A stretch of 64,000 nt of DNA, taken from positions 10,947 to 74,946 of the IMG/VR virus record IMGVR_UViG_3300025000_000078; one strand, 5' to 3'. Positions 53,544-63,804 of this stretch are shown here, one piece after another. Made by a program: the position numbers and the translations under genes. A model generated the notes under the pieces. It did no database searches. It was given only the letters and a program-made list of their open reading frames with translations, and was not told the origin of the DNA. Origin of the DNA: a virus. Numbering within the stretch: position 1 is the stretch's first letter; each line of letters starts with the position of its first letter.

Positions 53544-54949
53544 CGATATATTCACATTAGTCGTCAGCTAATGCAGTTCTCTTATGAACTTCCTTATCTT
53601 TCGATAAGATACTAGACTATATCTTCATCCATTATATAATCAGTATAATGGAGCTCTCCATTTCGTAAAGAATTCTTTAAGAATTCACCCTACCATTTAT
53701 TGACTTGTAGGTCTACTTCTACTCACATATTTAAAGTATGTTTTCGAATAGTCGTTGAACTTTATTTTTCACCAGTTATTTTTTAATAATCATATTAAGA
53801 AGTAATGATTGTCCGAACATTTCTTCTCTTTAAATCATAAATTAAATTTTGATAATGTATTTTTTCTTTAATAGGTATATTAATTATTTTTATTATATCA
53901 GTGGTTTTATAACCTTTCTCCAAGTATTGACATATTAAATGAATCAAATCATCACTATATATTTTTTTATCTAATCTTTCAGTAGAAAAATTATATTTTT
54001 TTGATATATTTCTACGAGTTTTAAAGTGACGAATATCACCAATTAATTTAGCGTAACTTCCTTTTTCTTTTTCAACTACACCTAATTCTTTTATTATATC
54101 TCTGGGATATAAACCTTTTTCTAAATATTGACATATAGTATGAATTAGTTCATCAGAAAATTCCCGTTTAAATTTTTTATTAGAAAAATTATATTCACTG
54201 GTTATATCAGCCCAATCACATTTAGCTTTTAATCTATGGATTAAATCACCAAAAGATTTCTTATCTTTATTTTCAATATTCATTAGTTTTATTATTTTTT
54301 TAGGTGATAAATCCTTTTCAATATATTCACACACTTGTCTTATTACCGGTTCAGTATATTTAAAATTAACACAAAATCCTCTTTTTTTCTTTATATTCCC
54401 GTGTTTAAAACCGTGAAGAATATTTTCACTTTGAGTAGTCCATTCTAAATTCCATTTATGACATATATATCTCTGATTATTTAAATGATTAACCACACAT
54501 TTTTTATCACTATATCCCTCAACAAAATGCCACGCTACAATTCTGTGAACAGTATATGTTTTTTTCTTAACTAGATTCTTTACTTTTAATCTAATACGTA
54601 AATACCCATCTGGACATAGTGCTTTAGTATAGATCTTTCCTGTTTTACCATGGTTACTTACAGAATATAGATTTGATTCAATATCCCTATAATTTATAGT
54701 TTCCCATTTTTCTTCTTCTAAAATAAATGTTATATACAATGTTAATTACCACCTCCTTATTATAAATTTTTGAACAATTTTCTATTTCTCACTGGTAAAA
54801 AATCTTAGCTGCGGATTACTCAATCCTAAAACCTTATTACTATACCTTAGATGATTAATCTAAGCCATTAATATATCACTATATTAATTTAGTAGTTTTA
54901 GGCTCTAAGAGCTTCCCCGACAATTAAAAGAGTTACGTTGCGTATTTCC
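53544..54949 (-). mobile_element. Group I intron (beta' intron 1) with HNH ORF, family A
   Basis: P1 CGUUGU/GCAACG; splits SARCVV|IPDP; ends ATATATCG. Confidence 0.9.
53795..54739 (-). CDS. Intron-encoded HNH endonuclease with three C-terminal HTH-like repeats
   Basis: HRIVA, VNHLN...NLEWTT.SEN..H; I..(V/I)C.Y(I/L)EK repeated three times. Confidence 0.88.
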   Translation of the reverse strand: MYITFILEEEKWETINYRDIESNLYSVSNHGKTGKIYTKALCPDGYLRIRLKVKNLVKKKTYTVHRIVAWHFVEGYSDKKCVVNHLNNQRYICHKWNLEWTTQSENILHGFKHGNIKKKRGFCVNFKYTEPVIRQVCEYIEKDLSPKKIIKLMNIENKDKKSFGDLIHRLKAKCDWADITSEYNFSNKKFKREFSDELIHTICQYLEKGLYPRDIIKELGVVEKEKGSYAKLIGDIRHFKTRRNISKKYNFSTERLDKKIYSDDLIHLICQYLEKGYKTTDIIKIINIPIKEKIHYQNLIYDLKRRNVRTIITS

Positions 54950-55839
54950 ACAACGCAGCGGGCTGAAAAGTTGATCTTACCCCCAAGAATTTCCCATTTT
55001 ATATGACCTTTTCTTTGGTCTATTTGTTTAAATATTAAGTAGCATAGCTCAATTAATTTCTTTTGAATTATAGTAAGAATTTTATTTTCATCAATATCAC
55101 CCCAGTCTTTCTTCTTTCTAGTTTCTATTAATTCTCTATCTTTTAATAATCTACTTAAAGAAACTATTGGATTATATTTTTTATCCATAGAGTTATAAAA
55201 GAAAGATTCACCTTTAAATTGAGAGGGTCTCAATACAGATGAATAAACTGGAATAGATGAAGCGAATACTTTATCTTTTTCTTTATATAATTCATCTATC
55301 ATTTCAATCTTATTCTTTTTCTTAGCTCTATAATAATCCATTATTTCATCAAATCTACTTTTAAACTCCATAATACCAATACCTTTAAATGGAGTTTTAC
55401 CATGTTTATCAATTATATGACCATCTTTAGTATATTCTTTGTCATATTCAATAATTTCTAAAAATCCCTTTTCACCAATTATTGATTTCAACATTCTATA
55501 GAATATAGGATGGATTATACTATAAACACCTAATTTAATCCAACCTGTAATTTTTAAATCAACATCTTTAAATTTAACTATTGTACCACAAATATCACAC
55601 TCTTCTTCATCATATAATCTTCCTTTTAATTCTCCGCATTCACATGTATATCTTTCTGCAAATGCATCATCATCTTCAAAATCTGTAGCAAATAGAGGAG
55701 ATTGAATACCATACTTAGATTTCTTCTGCTTTCCTTTAAAAGCAGGTTCTTTTATTTCAAAACCTTTACCTATAATAAAATCTTTTTCACACTCCTCATC
55801 CCAATTTAGTTTTACTAATCTAACCTCATCATGTTTCAA
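54950..55839 (-). CDS. rpoC: RNA polymerase beta' N-terminal subunit, exon 1 (probably non-virion RNAP)
   Basis: Zn finger CECG...CDIC, GWI.L, IPV....LRP, KG.I...ILGGKINFSAR; early motif at 55913-55920. Spliced product is about 471 aa. Confidence 0.9.
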
Positions 55840-55979
55840 TAATTAAACCTCCTTTAGAATAAATATTTTACCTTATTAAAAAGTTCTTAGAGTTTTAAAA
55901 CTCTACTAAAATATAATATATGTATAAAAAAAATATTGTTTATCAGAAAATAATAATCTGATAAACAATAATAAATAAA

Positions 55980-56372
55980 TTAATTCTTAATAACTTGAAC
56001 TACATCTAATTCCCAAGGTTCATCACCCATATTTAGAGCAATGAAAATCTGTTTAATTATATTAAGCGGTTTAAATTCTTTAAGTCTTTCTCTAATTAAC
56101 ATAGGTGCGTTTTTATCATCATATTTAATCTGATCTATTTTTTTCTTTAACTCCTCAGCCTTAGTAATAATTTCTTTCTTAACAGCTTCTGCTTCTTCAA
56201 CAGTATCAAAAAAGATATAATTAGACTCATCACCAAATAGGGGTAGGGGTATTAATTCCATATCTTTAGATATGTGTTTACTACCATACAATGAATTAAG
56301 ATAACTAAATTTCAATGAATAACCTAAAATAGTATCTTTACAAATTTTACGTTCGTCTTCTGTATAATTCAT
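55980..56372 (-). CDS. Hypothetical protein
   Basis: 130-aa ORF with RBS and early motif. Confidence 0.65.
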   Translation of the reverse strand: MNYTEDERKICKDTILGYSLKFSYLNSLYGSKHISKDMELIPLPLFGDESNYIFFDTVEEAEAVKKEIITKAEELKKKIDQIKYDDKNAPMLIRERLKEFKPLNIIKQIFIALNMGDEPWELDVVQVIKN

Positions 56373-56451
56373 AAACTAACCTCCCTATAAAATTACCTAT
56401 ATTAATTAAATAATATATAATTTTATAGTTTGTATTTACTATTTTATCACT

Positions 56452-56679
56452 TTAAATATCCCATTTCATATTTTCTTTAATTGTATTTAATAATAGCTTT
56501 TTATACTCTTTTTTCTTCTTTAATACTTCATCAACACTATCTTCAGAATGAATAAAAACTATAACTGTTTCTTGACCAACAGGATTTTTTATTAACAACC
56601 TTGTAGTTGTTTTTGTTTCTTTATCTATCCACTTATGTGTACTATCATGCACATCTATAACTAACTCAAAACCCACCAT
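56452..56679 (-). CDS. Hypothetical protein
   Basis: 75-aa ORF with RBS. Confidence 0.55.
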   Translation of the reverse strand: MVGFELVIDVHDSTHKWIDKETKTTTRLLIKNPVGQETVIVFIHSEDSVDEVLKKKKEYKKLLLNTIKENMKWDI

Positions 56680-56702
56680 TTTTTCTATCTTCCTCTCATT
56701 TT

Positions 56703-57128
56703 CTATAACTCGTTTTTTCTATTATCTAATTCCATTAATGTGTGATTTAATACTGCTATTTGCATTGCATATATTTCTTTCATATGTCCTTCTTTTTTAG
56801 TTTCATAAAGAACTTCAGATATTTCTATTTTATTCTTTATCCAAATAGATAAATTATTTATTCTGTTATTAGTTCTGAATAGTTCATTACTTAGTCTAAC
56901 ATTTTCATCATGAAAATGTTGTCTACTACGAATAAGTTGTTCTTTTGTTACATGTTTAAAGAGTTTTTCCTCAATCTCAGTTAATGTTATTTCAACATTA
57001 ATATCAGAAAGTTTAATTATTTTAACATTATCATCAACATTAACTTTTTCCTCTTGACTACGAATCCAATAATCTCTCATAAATTTGTCTCGTTCAGCAA
57101 CTATTAATCTTTCACAACATTCTTTCAT
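56703..57128 (-). CDS. Hypothetical protein
   Basis: 141-aa ORF with RBS. Confidence 0.6.
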   Translation of the reverse strand: MKECCERLIVAERDKFMRDYWIRSQEEKVNVDDNVKIIKLSDINVEITLTEIEEKLFKHVTKEQLIRSRQHFHDENVRLSNELFRTNNRINNLSIWIKNKIEISEVLYETKKEGHMKEIYAMQIAVLNHTLMELDNRKNEL

Positions 57129-57230
57129 TATATTTCATCTCCTTTTAATTTATATACATAACAAACAATAATTTCAATATCAACAAAAATTTGTTTTATT
57201 TTATTGTAACTTTACCCAATTAATATTTAG

Positions 57231-57704
57231 TCAACTAAATACTTTAACTAATTTTTCTAATAAATCTTGATAAATATACCACTCTTTACAACAATCTTCT
57301 TTTGAATATCCAACTATACATTCATTTATACTTGGAATTAAACCTCTACCACCCATAGGACGTTCATTGAATGGTAAACTACACCCATGTTCTGTTAATA
57401 ACATACACTGACCACCCCAAGAAGGGTCAACAATATTTGCATCTTTATTTCTTATTCTAAGATATAATGTACGTCTTCTATTTTTATCAAAGACGTCTCC
57501 TTCCCACCAATCAATTGATACAACATATCCTTTTTCAATTAAATTCTTTAAAGTTTTAAAATCTATAACTTCAAAATCTTTAGGTGAAAAATGACATCCC
57601 AAATTCTTACAACATTTACCTTTACATTCAACACATAATTCAAGATTTTCATTATTATTTTGAAAATTATTATCTATTTGTATATTTAATATATTAAATA
57701 TCAT
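57231..57704 (-). CDS. YkgJ-like Cys-cluster (Zn/Fe-chelating) protein
   Basis: CVECKGKCC...C.LL...GC....ERP motif. Confidence 0.7.
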   Translation of the reverse strand: MIFNILNIQIDNNFQNNNENLELCVECKGKCCKNLGCHFSPKDFEVIDFKTLKNLIEKGYVVSIDWWEGDVFDKNRRRTLYLRIRNKDANIVDPSWGGQCMLLTEHGCSLPFNERPMGGRGLIPSINECIVGYSKEDCCKEWYIYQDLLEKLVKVFS

Positions 57705-57766
57705 TCCCTCCTACAAAATTAAATATATTTATATTTTTTAGAACTTTTAATTTACTATATATTAGT

Positions 57767-59062
57767 CTAAATTATATTTAAATTTCTCATGTTATCTTTA
57801 TAAGTATTAAAACTTTTAACATGTTCATTTTTACTTTTAGTAAGAATAATGGACGTTGTTTCAACAGCCTCTTCAATAGTCAAATCATTATTACAAGCTA
57901 ATAAATATTTAGTACCAGTCATGATTTCTTTTAGACTACCCATGGGTAAATTATTACTATATTTAACAAAAAGTTCTATAACTCCCTTATTAGTATCAGA
58001 TCCACTATCATCTTTATAAACTTTATATTCCGATAATAATTCTCCAATATTTCTATTTTGGAAAAATGCACGACGTATATTTTCTGATGGGTTGTCAATC
58101 TTATATGTGCGATCAAAACGACCTGATCTATTCATAAAGGCAGGATCAATATGTTCAGGATAATTTGTTGTACCAATGAAATATACACCAGATTGAATAT
58201 CAATACCATCGAGAATATTTAAAAATTCAGATCTATTTCTTCCATTAATTAATGAATCAATATCTTCAATTATAATAATAGCCCTTTTACCATTTAGTGA
58301 TTTAATCAATATAGATAAAATTTTAGGCATATCATTAATATTAGGATTTATAACTATTTTAGTAATTCTCGGCAGTATTCTGATAATCTCCCGTATCATG
58401 GCACTTTTACCATTACCAGGTTCACCATATAGAATAACCCCTCGCTTGTATGTAATTTGTAATTTTTTATACATATTATGAGTCTCTTCTTTAAAGAATA
58501 AATCAATATCTTTCATAACTTCCATTATTGTTGAATCTTCAGTAAATATAAGTTTTTCTTTAATAATTTTTTTCTTCACAATATCAGCAGGTTTCTTTTC
58601 ATGATTAGAAGAATTAGATATTTCGATATATTCTCTGTTTCTACATTTAAAATCGATTTCTCGAAACATATTTGTATTAGTATCCCGTTGTAATATTAGC
58701 TTTGCATTTTTTGAAAATATCTCTAAATAATCAGTGTCAATTAGAAAAGTACATCGAACATAGTAACTATTAGTTGTATATAGTACAATAGAATTAATTT
58801 TTTTAGACACAGCAATACGCTGGAACATATTAAAATTAGATGATAATTCATAACCACTAATCATTTCTGGTTGAGGAAGGGTATCAGGGTAATCATAAAC
58901 ATTCCCTATATCTTTAAATTTACACTTACGGAGGATATCTTTAATAATTTCTTCACCATATACTTGAAAATCAACCTTTTGATAATTCTCTAAATAGATA
59001 TTAAGTTCAAACATTTCTTCATTAATTAATTTAATAAGTGCTAATTCCATACATCTATCCAT
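57767..59062 (-). CDS. AAA+ ATPase
   Basis: YKRGVILYGEPGNGKS, IIEDID, TTNYPE.IDPA..NRSGRFD. Confidence 0.9.
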   Translation of the reverse strand: MDRCMELALIKLINEEMFELNIYLENYQKVDFQVYGEEIIKDILRKCKFKDIGNVYDYPDTLPQPEMISGYELSSNFNMFQRIAVSKKINSIVLYTTNSYYVRCTFLIDTDYLEIFSKNAKLILQRDTNTNMFREIDFKCRNREYIEISNSSNHEKKPADIVKKKIIKEKLIFTEDSTIMEVMKDIDLFFKEETHNMYKKLQITYKRGVILYGEPGNGKSAMIREIIRILPRITKIVINPNINDMPKILSILIKSLNGKRAIIIIEDIDSLINGRNRSEFLNILDGIDIQSGVYFIGTTNYPEHIDPAFMNRSGRFDRTYKIDNPSENIRRAFFQNRNIGELLSEYKVYKDDSGSDTNKGVIELFVKYSNNLPMGSLKEIMTGTKYLLACNNDLTIEEAVETTSIILTKSKNEHVKSFNTYKDNMRNLNII

Positions 59063-59168
59063 ATTATCACACTCCTCGTTATTTTATTTTCATTTTAATA
59101 ATATATAATTGAAAAGATATATGGCAATTAATTGCCATATATCTTTTTTAATACTTTATTTACATCTT

Positions 59169-60545
59169 TTAAATATGTGTTCCTCTATCTTTAAGTTCTG
59201 ATTTCTTGGCACTATTAAACATATTTATTGTACTTAAATAACCTGTAATTCTTCTAACCCTATTAATATCTTCGGAACCACAACTTGGACAATCTTTAGG
59301 ATATACTCCCGAATAATTACATGAACAACAAAAATCAACTGGGAAATTAAGTCCACCATAACCTACATCACAATCTTTCATATGTTTAATAATATTGATT
59401 AAAGCTTCAGTATTATTAATAAACGGAGAATCTGCTTCAATATAAGTAATATGCCCACCATTACAAAACTTGTGAAATACTCCTTCTAACATAATTTTTT
59501 TAAACCAACTAATCTTATAACCAACTGGTATATGAAAACTATTAGTATAATAATCCTTATCTGTAACTCCAGGAATTATACCGAATTGTTTTCTATCAAT
59601 CCTTAAAAATCTACCTGAAAGTCCTTCAGCTGGAGTTGCTAATAAAACTATATTGAGCTTTCTTTTAATTGTTTCTCTATCACAAAAATCTCTCATGGTT
59701 TTAATAATATTTAACCCAAGCTTATATACTTCATCATCTTCACCATGATGTTTACTAGTTAAAGCAATTAATGTTTCAGCAAGACCAATAAACCCAATAG
59801 ACATTGAACCATGTTTAATAGATTCTTCTATATTATCGTTTTGACTTAATTTTTCAGAATCCAAATATAAACCCTGCCCCATAATAAAAGGCATATCTCT
59901 TACAAGTAATTTCTTTTGTACGTTATATCTATGATTAAGTTGTTCAAATATGAGATTTGATTTAATCTCAAGTAGTGTGAAGAATTTTTCAATACTACCT
60001 TTTGATTCTATTGCAAGTCTGGGTAAATTTAATGTTGTAAATGATAAGTTACCTCTTTTATCTGTAGTTTCAGAACCATTAATATTTGCAATAACACGGG
60101 TTCTACAACCCATATATGCTACTTCTGAATCACCTGTGTACTGTTTATTTAAACTAGCATCCATGAATGAAAATGTTGGATTTAATTTAATGGCAGCTAC
60201 TTCACATGCAAGTTTAAATAAATCATAATTTGGGTCCCCAACTTGACCATTCACACCATCTTTAACTTTAAAAATAATATTTGGGAAAATTGGATTTTCA
60301 CCTTTACCCAAACCAGCTTTATATGCAAGTAAAATATTCTTCGTTACTTTTCTACCAGCATCACTCATATCAGTACCAATATTTAAACTACTGAAAGGGA
60401 CTTGTGATCCTGCTCGAGAGTGCATACTATTTAAATTATAAATAAATGCTTCACATGCTTGATATGCTTCATTATCACTAGCATCAACAAAAAAGTCAGC
60501 CATATCACGATCAAAAAAAGCAAATGATTGACCACCATGCATATC
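59169..60545 (-). CDS. nrdD: Anaerobic ribonucleoside-triphosphate reductase, exon 2
   Basis: DMHGGQS, SRAGSQVPFSS, YMGCRT, ATPAEGL, YYTNS, Zn site and glycyl-radical motif RRITGYL. Confidence 0.93.
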   Translation of the reverse strand, partial: DMHGGQSFAFFDRDMADFFVDASDNEAYQACEAFIYNLNSMHSRAGSQVPFSSLNIGTDMSDAGRKVTKNILLAYKAGLGKGENPIFPNIIFKVKDGVNGQVGDPNYDLFKLACEVAAIKLNPTFSFMDASLNKQYTGDSEVAYMGCRTRVIANINGSETTDKRGNLSFTTLNLPRLAIESKGSIEKFFTLLEIKSNLIFEQLNHRYNVQKKLLVRDMPFIMGQGLYLDSEKLSQNDNIEESIKHGSMSIGFIGLAETLIALTSKHHGEDDEVYKLGLNIIKTMRDFCDRETIKRKLNIVLLATPAEGLSGRFLRIDRKQFGIIPGVTDKDYYTNSFHIPVGYKISWFKKIMLEGVFHKFCNGGHITYIEADSPFINNTEALINIIKHMKDCDVGYGGLNFPVDFCCSCNYSGVYPKDCPSCGSEDINRVRRITGYLSTINMFNSAKKSELKDRGTHI

Positions 60546-61082
60546 CACTGTACCGCCTCTTTCGAGGTATTTCAAACGGGTTAGACTATATCATATACCT
60601 ATTTTTTTATATAGGTACCCTGGTACTTCGGATCGGGATTTTCACCCTAATTACCCCTACTCTACTCGCTTCGTGTATCATAATCATATAATACCTTATT
60701 TTCAACACCAAAAAGATGTCTTAGCTTTCGATAGTCGTTAGCGTTTCCCTAATATTTTTTATATTTAAATTCCCACCCTTTATGTTTTTTAACCCAGATA
60801 TTTTTATTAATAGCATAATTATTTTTATAAAGGGTTAGTGGGATTTTTTAAAATAGTAGGGCTTACGACGGTATTACCTGCTATCCATATTCCAGGACCG
60901 TAGGTTCTCTTAGAAAGTGTATTCGCTTATGGACATGTCACATAGACAAGGCTTGTAATTGTCATACAAGCAATCTTATTTAACTTCTACCGTTAGCAAG
61001 AGTTTTTAAACTCTCACACCCATCTATTGATGGTTCACCAGGTTATTCAATGTACATTACTGTACAAGGGAACAAATTAATT
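60546..61082 (-). mobile_element. Group I intron in nrdD, family B, with endonuclease remnant
   Basis: P1 GAAU/GUUC; P/Q/R/S elements; splicing restores QSCQN|DMHGGQ. Confidence 0.9.
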
Positions 61083-61712
61083 ATTCTGACAGCTTTGTAA
61101 AATTATAGCTGCTAAAGCAGTTGCACTATTTGTTCTTTTAGGGGTTCTAATCCAACCATGACCATTATTAAACCCCCTAGTTAATATTTTTTTAAGGGGT
61201 ATTTGTAAACAGGTTAAAGTTTTTCCATAAAAATCCAAATCATGTATATGCATATAGCCTTCCCTATGAGCAGATGATATTTCTTCAGGTATTAATCTAG
61301 ATAAATAATACTTTCTTGAAGCTTCACCTGCAATCTGTAACATTTTAGCCATTGGTCCTGTACCAATATTAGCATTTTCTCTTGAAGTTTCTTTTAATAT
61401 ATCTTCAACACAATCCATTAATTCACTTCGCCCATCTCTAATACGTGTTCTTTTATTTCTATATAAGATATATGCTTTTGCAGTTTTAGCTCTTCCGTTA
61501 TCAATTAAAACAGTTTCAACTATATCCTGTATGTCTTCAACATTATGTATTTCTTTATCTAAATCTTTTAATCTATCATAAACTTCTAAAGCTAATTCAA
61601 AAGAGGTTGAACTATCCTTACCACCTAAAGATTTTGCTGCTTCAAAAATACAATTAGCAACTGTTTCAATTTTAAATTCAACTATCCTACCATCACGTTT
61701 TTTAACTTGCAT
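61083..61712 (-). CDS. nrdD: NrdD exon 1 (ATP cone)
   Basis: VKKRDGR...VEDIQD.VE (ATP cone), ENAN, HIHDLD, TCLQ. Confidence 0.93.
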
Positions 61713-61743
61713 TTTTTATACCCCTCCGTTTTTTATTTGATTA

Positions 61744-62292
61744 TTAAATAGAATACTTATAATAAATTTCCTTTATTACTTCTGCATCCCATAATGCATT
61801 ATGTTTAAAAACTTCAGACTTAATTTTTATATCTGCTAATTTTTCTCTATTAGCATTAAAAGCTTTATGAGCATCTTTATTAAAATAATCAATTATGTCA
61901 TTATTTATATCATAACAAGCTGGACAGATATTTTTAGGTAAGTCAAGAGCTGAGCCAAATAAATCGATAAGTAATACAAAATCGTAGTGACATACATCTG
62001 AAACAAATAAAATTTCTTCATTACCAAATTTACTCAACCATTTCTTCAATCCTTCTAATACGAATTTTTTACTACCATAATAATAATATTCTGGTAAATC
62101 TTTCATTTGTTTATTTTTCCACCAAAGTTTGTCAATAACATTTTTTTGTATCCAATCATCTACTTGCGATTTATTATAATCATTGAATTCAGCGTAAAAT
62201 TTATCATCATTTTCTGATATAATACCTAATGAAATTAAAGTAGTATCCTTATGCAACCCTGTGAACTCGGTATCAAAAAATAATTCTATCAT
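61744..62292 (-). CDS. DEDDh 3'-5' exonuclease (Rv2179c-like)
   Basis: FFDTEFTGL, FYAE and HNALWDA motifs. Confidence 0.85.
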   Translation of the reverse strand: MIELFFDTEFTGLHKDTTLISLGIISENDDKFYAEFNDYNKSQVDDWIQKNVIDKLWWKNKQMKDLPEYYYYGSKKFVLEGLKKWLSKFGNEEILFVSDVCHYDFVLLIDLFGSALDLPKNICPACYDINNDIIDYFNKDAHKAFNANREKLADIKIKSEVFKHNALWDAEVIKEIYYKYSI

Positions 62293-62308
62293 TTATTATT
62301 ACCACCTT

Positions 62309-63355
62309 TTATTTTTTATTTAACCAGTTAATTAATTGATTTCTTGATTGTTCATTATATAAAAAGAATTGTGATACACAGCCTCCTCCACATCTTCTTA
62401 ATTTATCACATTTATTAACACATATTTCTGGAATTTTTCTCGTTCTTAGAAAAAAGAGAAGTTCATTATGAACCCATATATCATGTAAATTTGTTTTTAA
62501 AATATTGGTAGGTGTTATAAAATCACCTAACCATTTAAATGCTTCACATGGAAATACATCACCTCTAGCTGAAATATTTAATTTGTTAATACCTACTGAG
62601 CATGGTTTATTATTTTTATCATCAGTTATACAATTAAAAGGACAACCATATCTAATAGATAAATCAGTATATTTTTTATTAACAATTTTATTATTTATTT
62701 CTTTTAATAAAAATTGCATATTATCTACACTAACTTCTAATTCATTATTATTTAAACATCTTCCTTGTGGAACAAGTCTTAATAAACTTATTCGCTTAAT
62801 ATTAATATCATTAATTATATCCAATAAATCTAAAAATTCATTATAATTTATATTCATAGGTACAAAATGAATTTCTGTTTCAATATTATATTTTAAACAA
62901 CTTTTAATTGAATTTATAATAGTGTTAAAACCATTTTTAATTTTAACTATTTTTTGTATAGTTTCATCATTTGATCCATGTAAACTTATTATAATCTTAT
63001 TAATATTTTCTTTTAGAAATATAAGAGTATCTTCAGTTATAGAAGAATGTTTGTTATTATTATATATAATCCCACAACTATATACTGTAATATGTAAACC
63101 TAAATCTTTAGCAAAAGAAAATATTTCTTTAAATTCAGGGTGAATTAATGGTTCACCTCCTGATATAGATAAATTTTCAACACCTTCATTAACAGCATCT
63201 ATTAATATCTTTTTTATATCTTCAAATAATAACATATCTTTACTTTTAGAACTAGCTTTAGATGAACAGTGTATACAATTTAACATACATTTATTAGTTA
63301 TTTCTATACATAAATTTTTTAAACTAATATCTGAAAATAATTGACACATTCTCAT
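62309..63355 (-). CDS. Radical SAM protein with SPASM domain
   Basis: CMLNCIHC, SGGEP, C..G...I...GDV.PC, C...C.....C.GGC. Confidence 0.9.
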   Translation of the reverse strand: MRMCQLFSDISLKNLCIEITNKCMLNCIHCSSKASSKSKDMLLFEDIKKILIDAVNEGVENLSISGGEPLIHPEFKEIFSFAKDLGLHITVYSCGIIYNNNKHSSITEDTLIFLKENINKIIISLHGSNDETIQKIVKIKNGFNTIINSIKSCLKYNIETEIHFVPMNINYNEFLDLLDIINDINIKRISLLRLVPQGRCLNNNELEVSVDNMQFLLKEINNKIVNKKYTDLSIRYGCPFNCITDDKNNKPCSVGINKLNISARGDVFPCEAFKWLGDFITPTNILKTNLHDIWVHNELLFFLRTRKIPEICVNKCDKLRRCGGGCVSQFFLYNEQSRNQLINWLNKK

Positions 63356-63370
63356 TTAAATACTCCTTTT

Positions 63371-63804
63371 TTATATAATCAAATCTTTTAGTTCAACATG
63401 TGATATTTGGGTTGTCGAATTGTGAAATTTCTTCATTGATAAATTAACCAATGTAGATGATACTCTAGCTGAAGTTAAACCAATATTAATTATATTTAAT
63501 TTTCCATACATAAGACCAGCGCACTTTTCACATAATTTCTTAGATGTACAACCCATTGGAGTTCTCATTTTAACTTTAACTCCTAAATATTTATTTATAT
63601 TATTATCATCTAATAAAACTAATTTATTACCTTCTACAATATATCTATATAAATAATCATCAATATTATTTTTAGTTATTACAACTTCCAATAATCCTTT
63701 AGAGCCACAATTACTACCTTTTTCATCTAAAACAACAGCCTGTAATGCGGCAATAATCTTTTTAGAAAAATAACCAGAATCAGCTGTTCCAATAGCTTTT
63801 GGAT
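63371..63804 (-). CDS. rpoC: RNA polymerase beta' C-terminal subunit, last exon
   Basis: PKAIGTADSGYFSKK (bridge helix TA.SGY), CGS, RTP..C....C..CAG and MK.FH (trigger loop); begins after the terminal G at 63805. Confidence 0.85.

Noticed and set aside
1090-61712. Pseudogenes or stop-codon recoding to explain truncated recA, dnaB, rpoC and nrdD ORFs
   Set aside because: Splicing restores frame and motifs, and other genes read normally in code 11.
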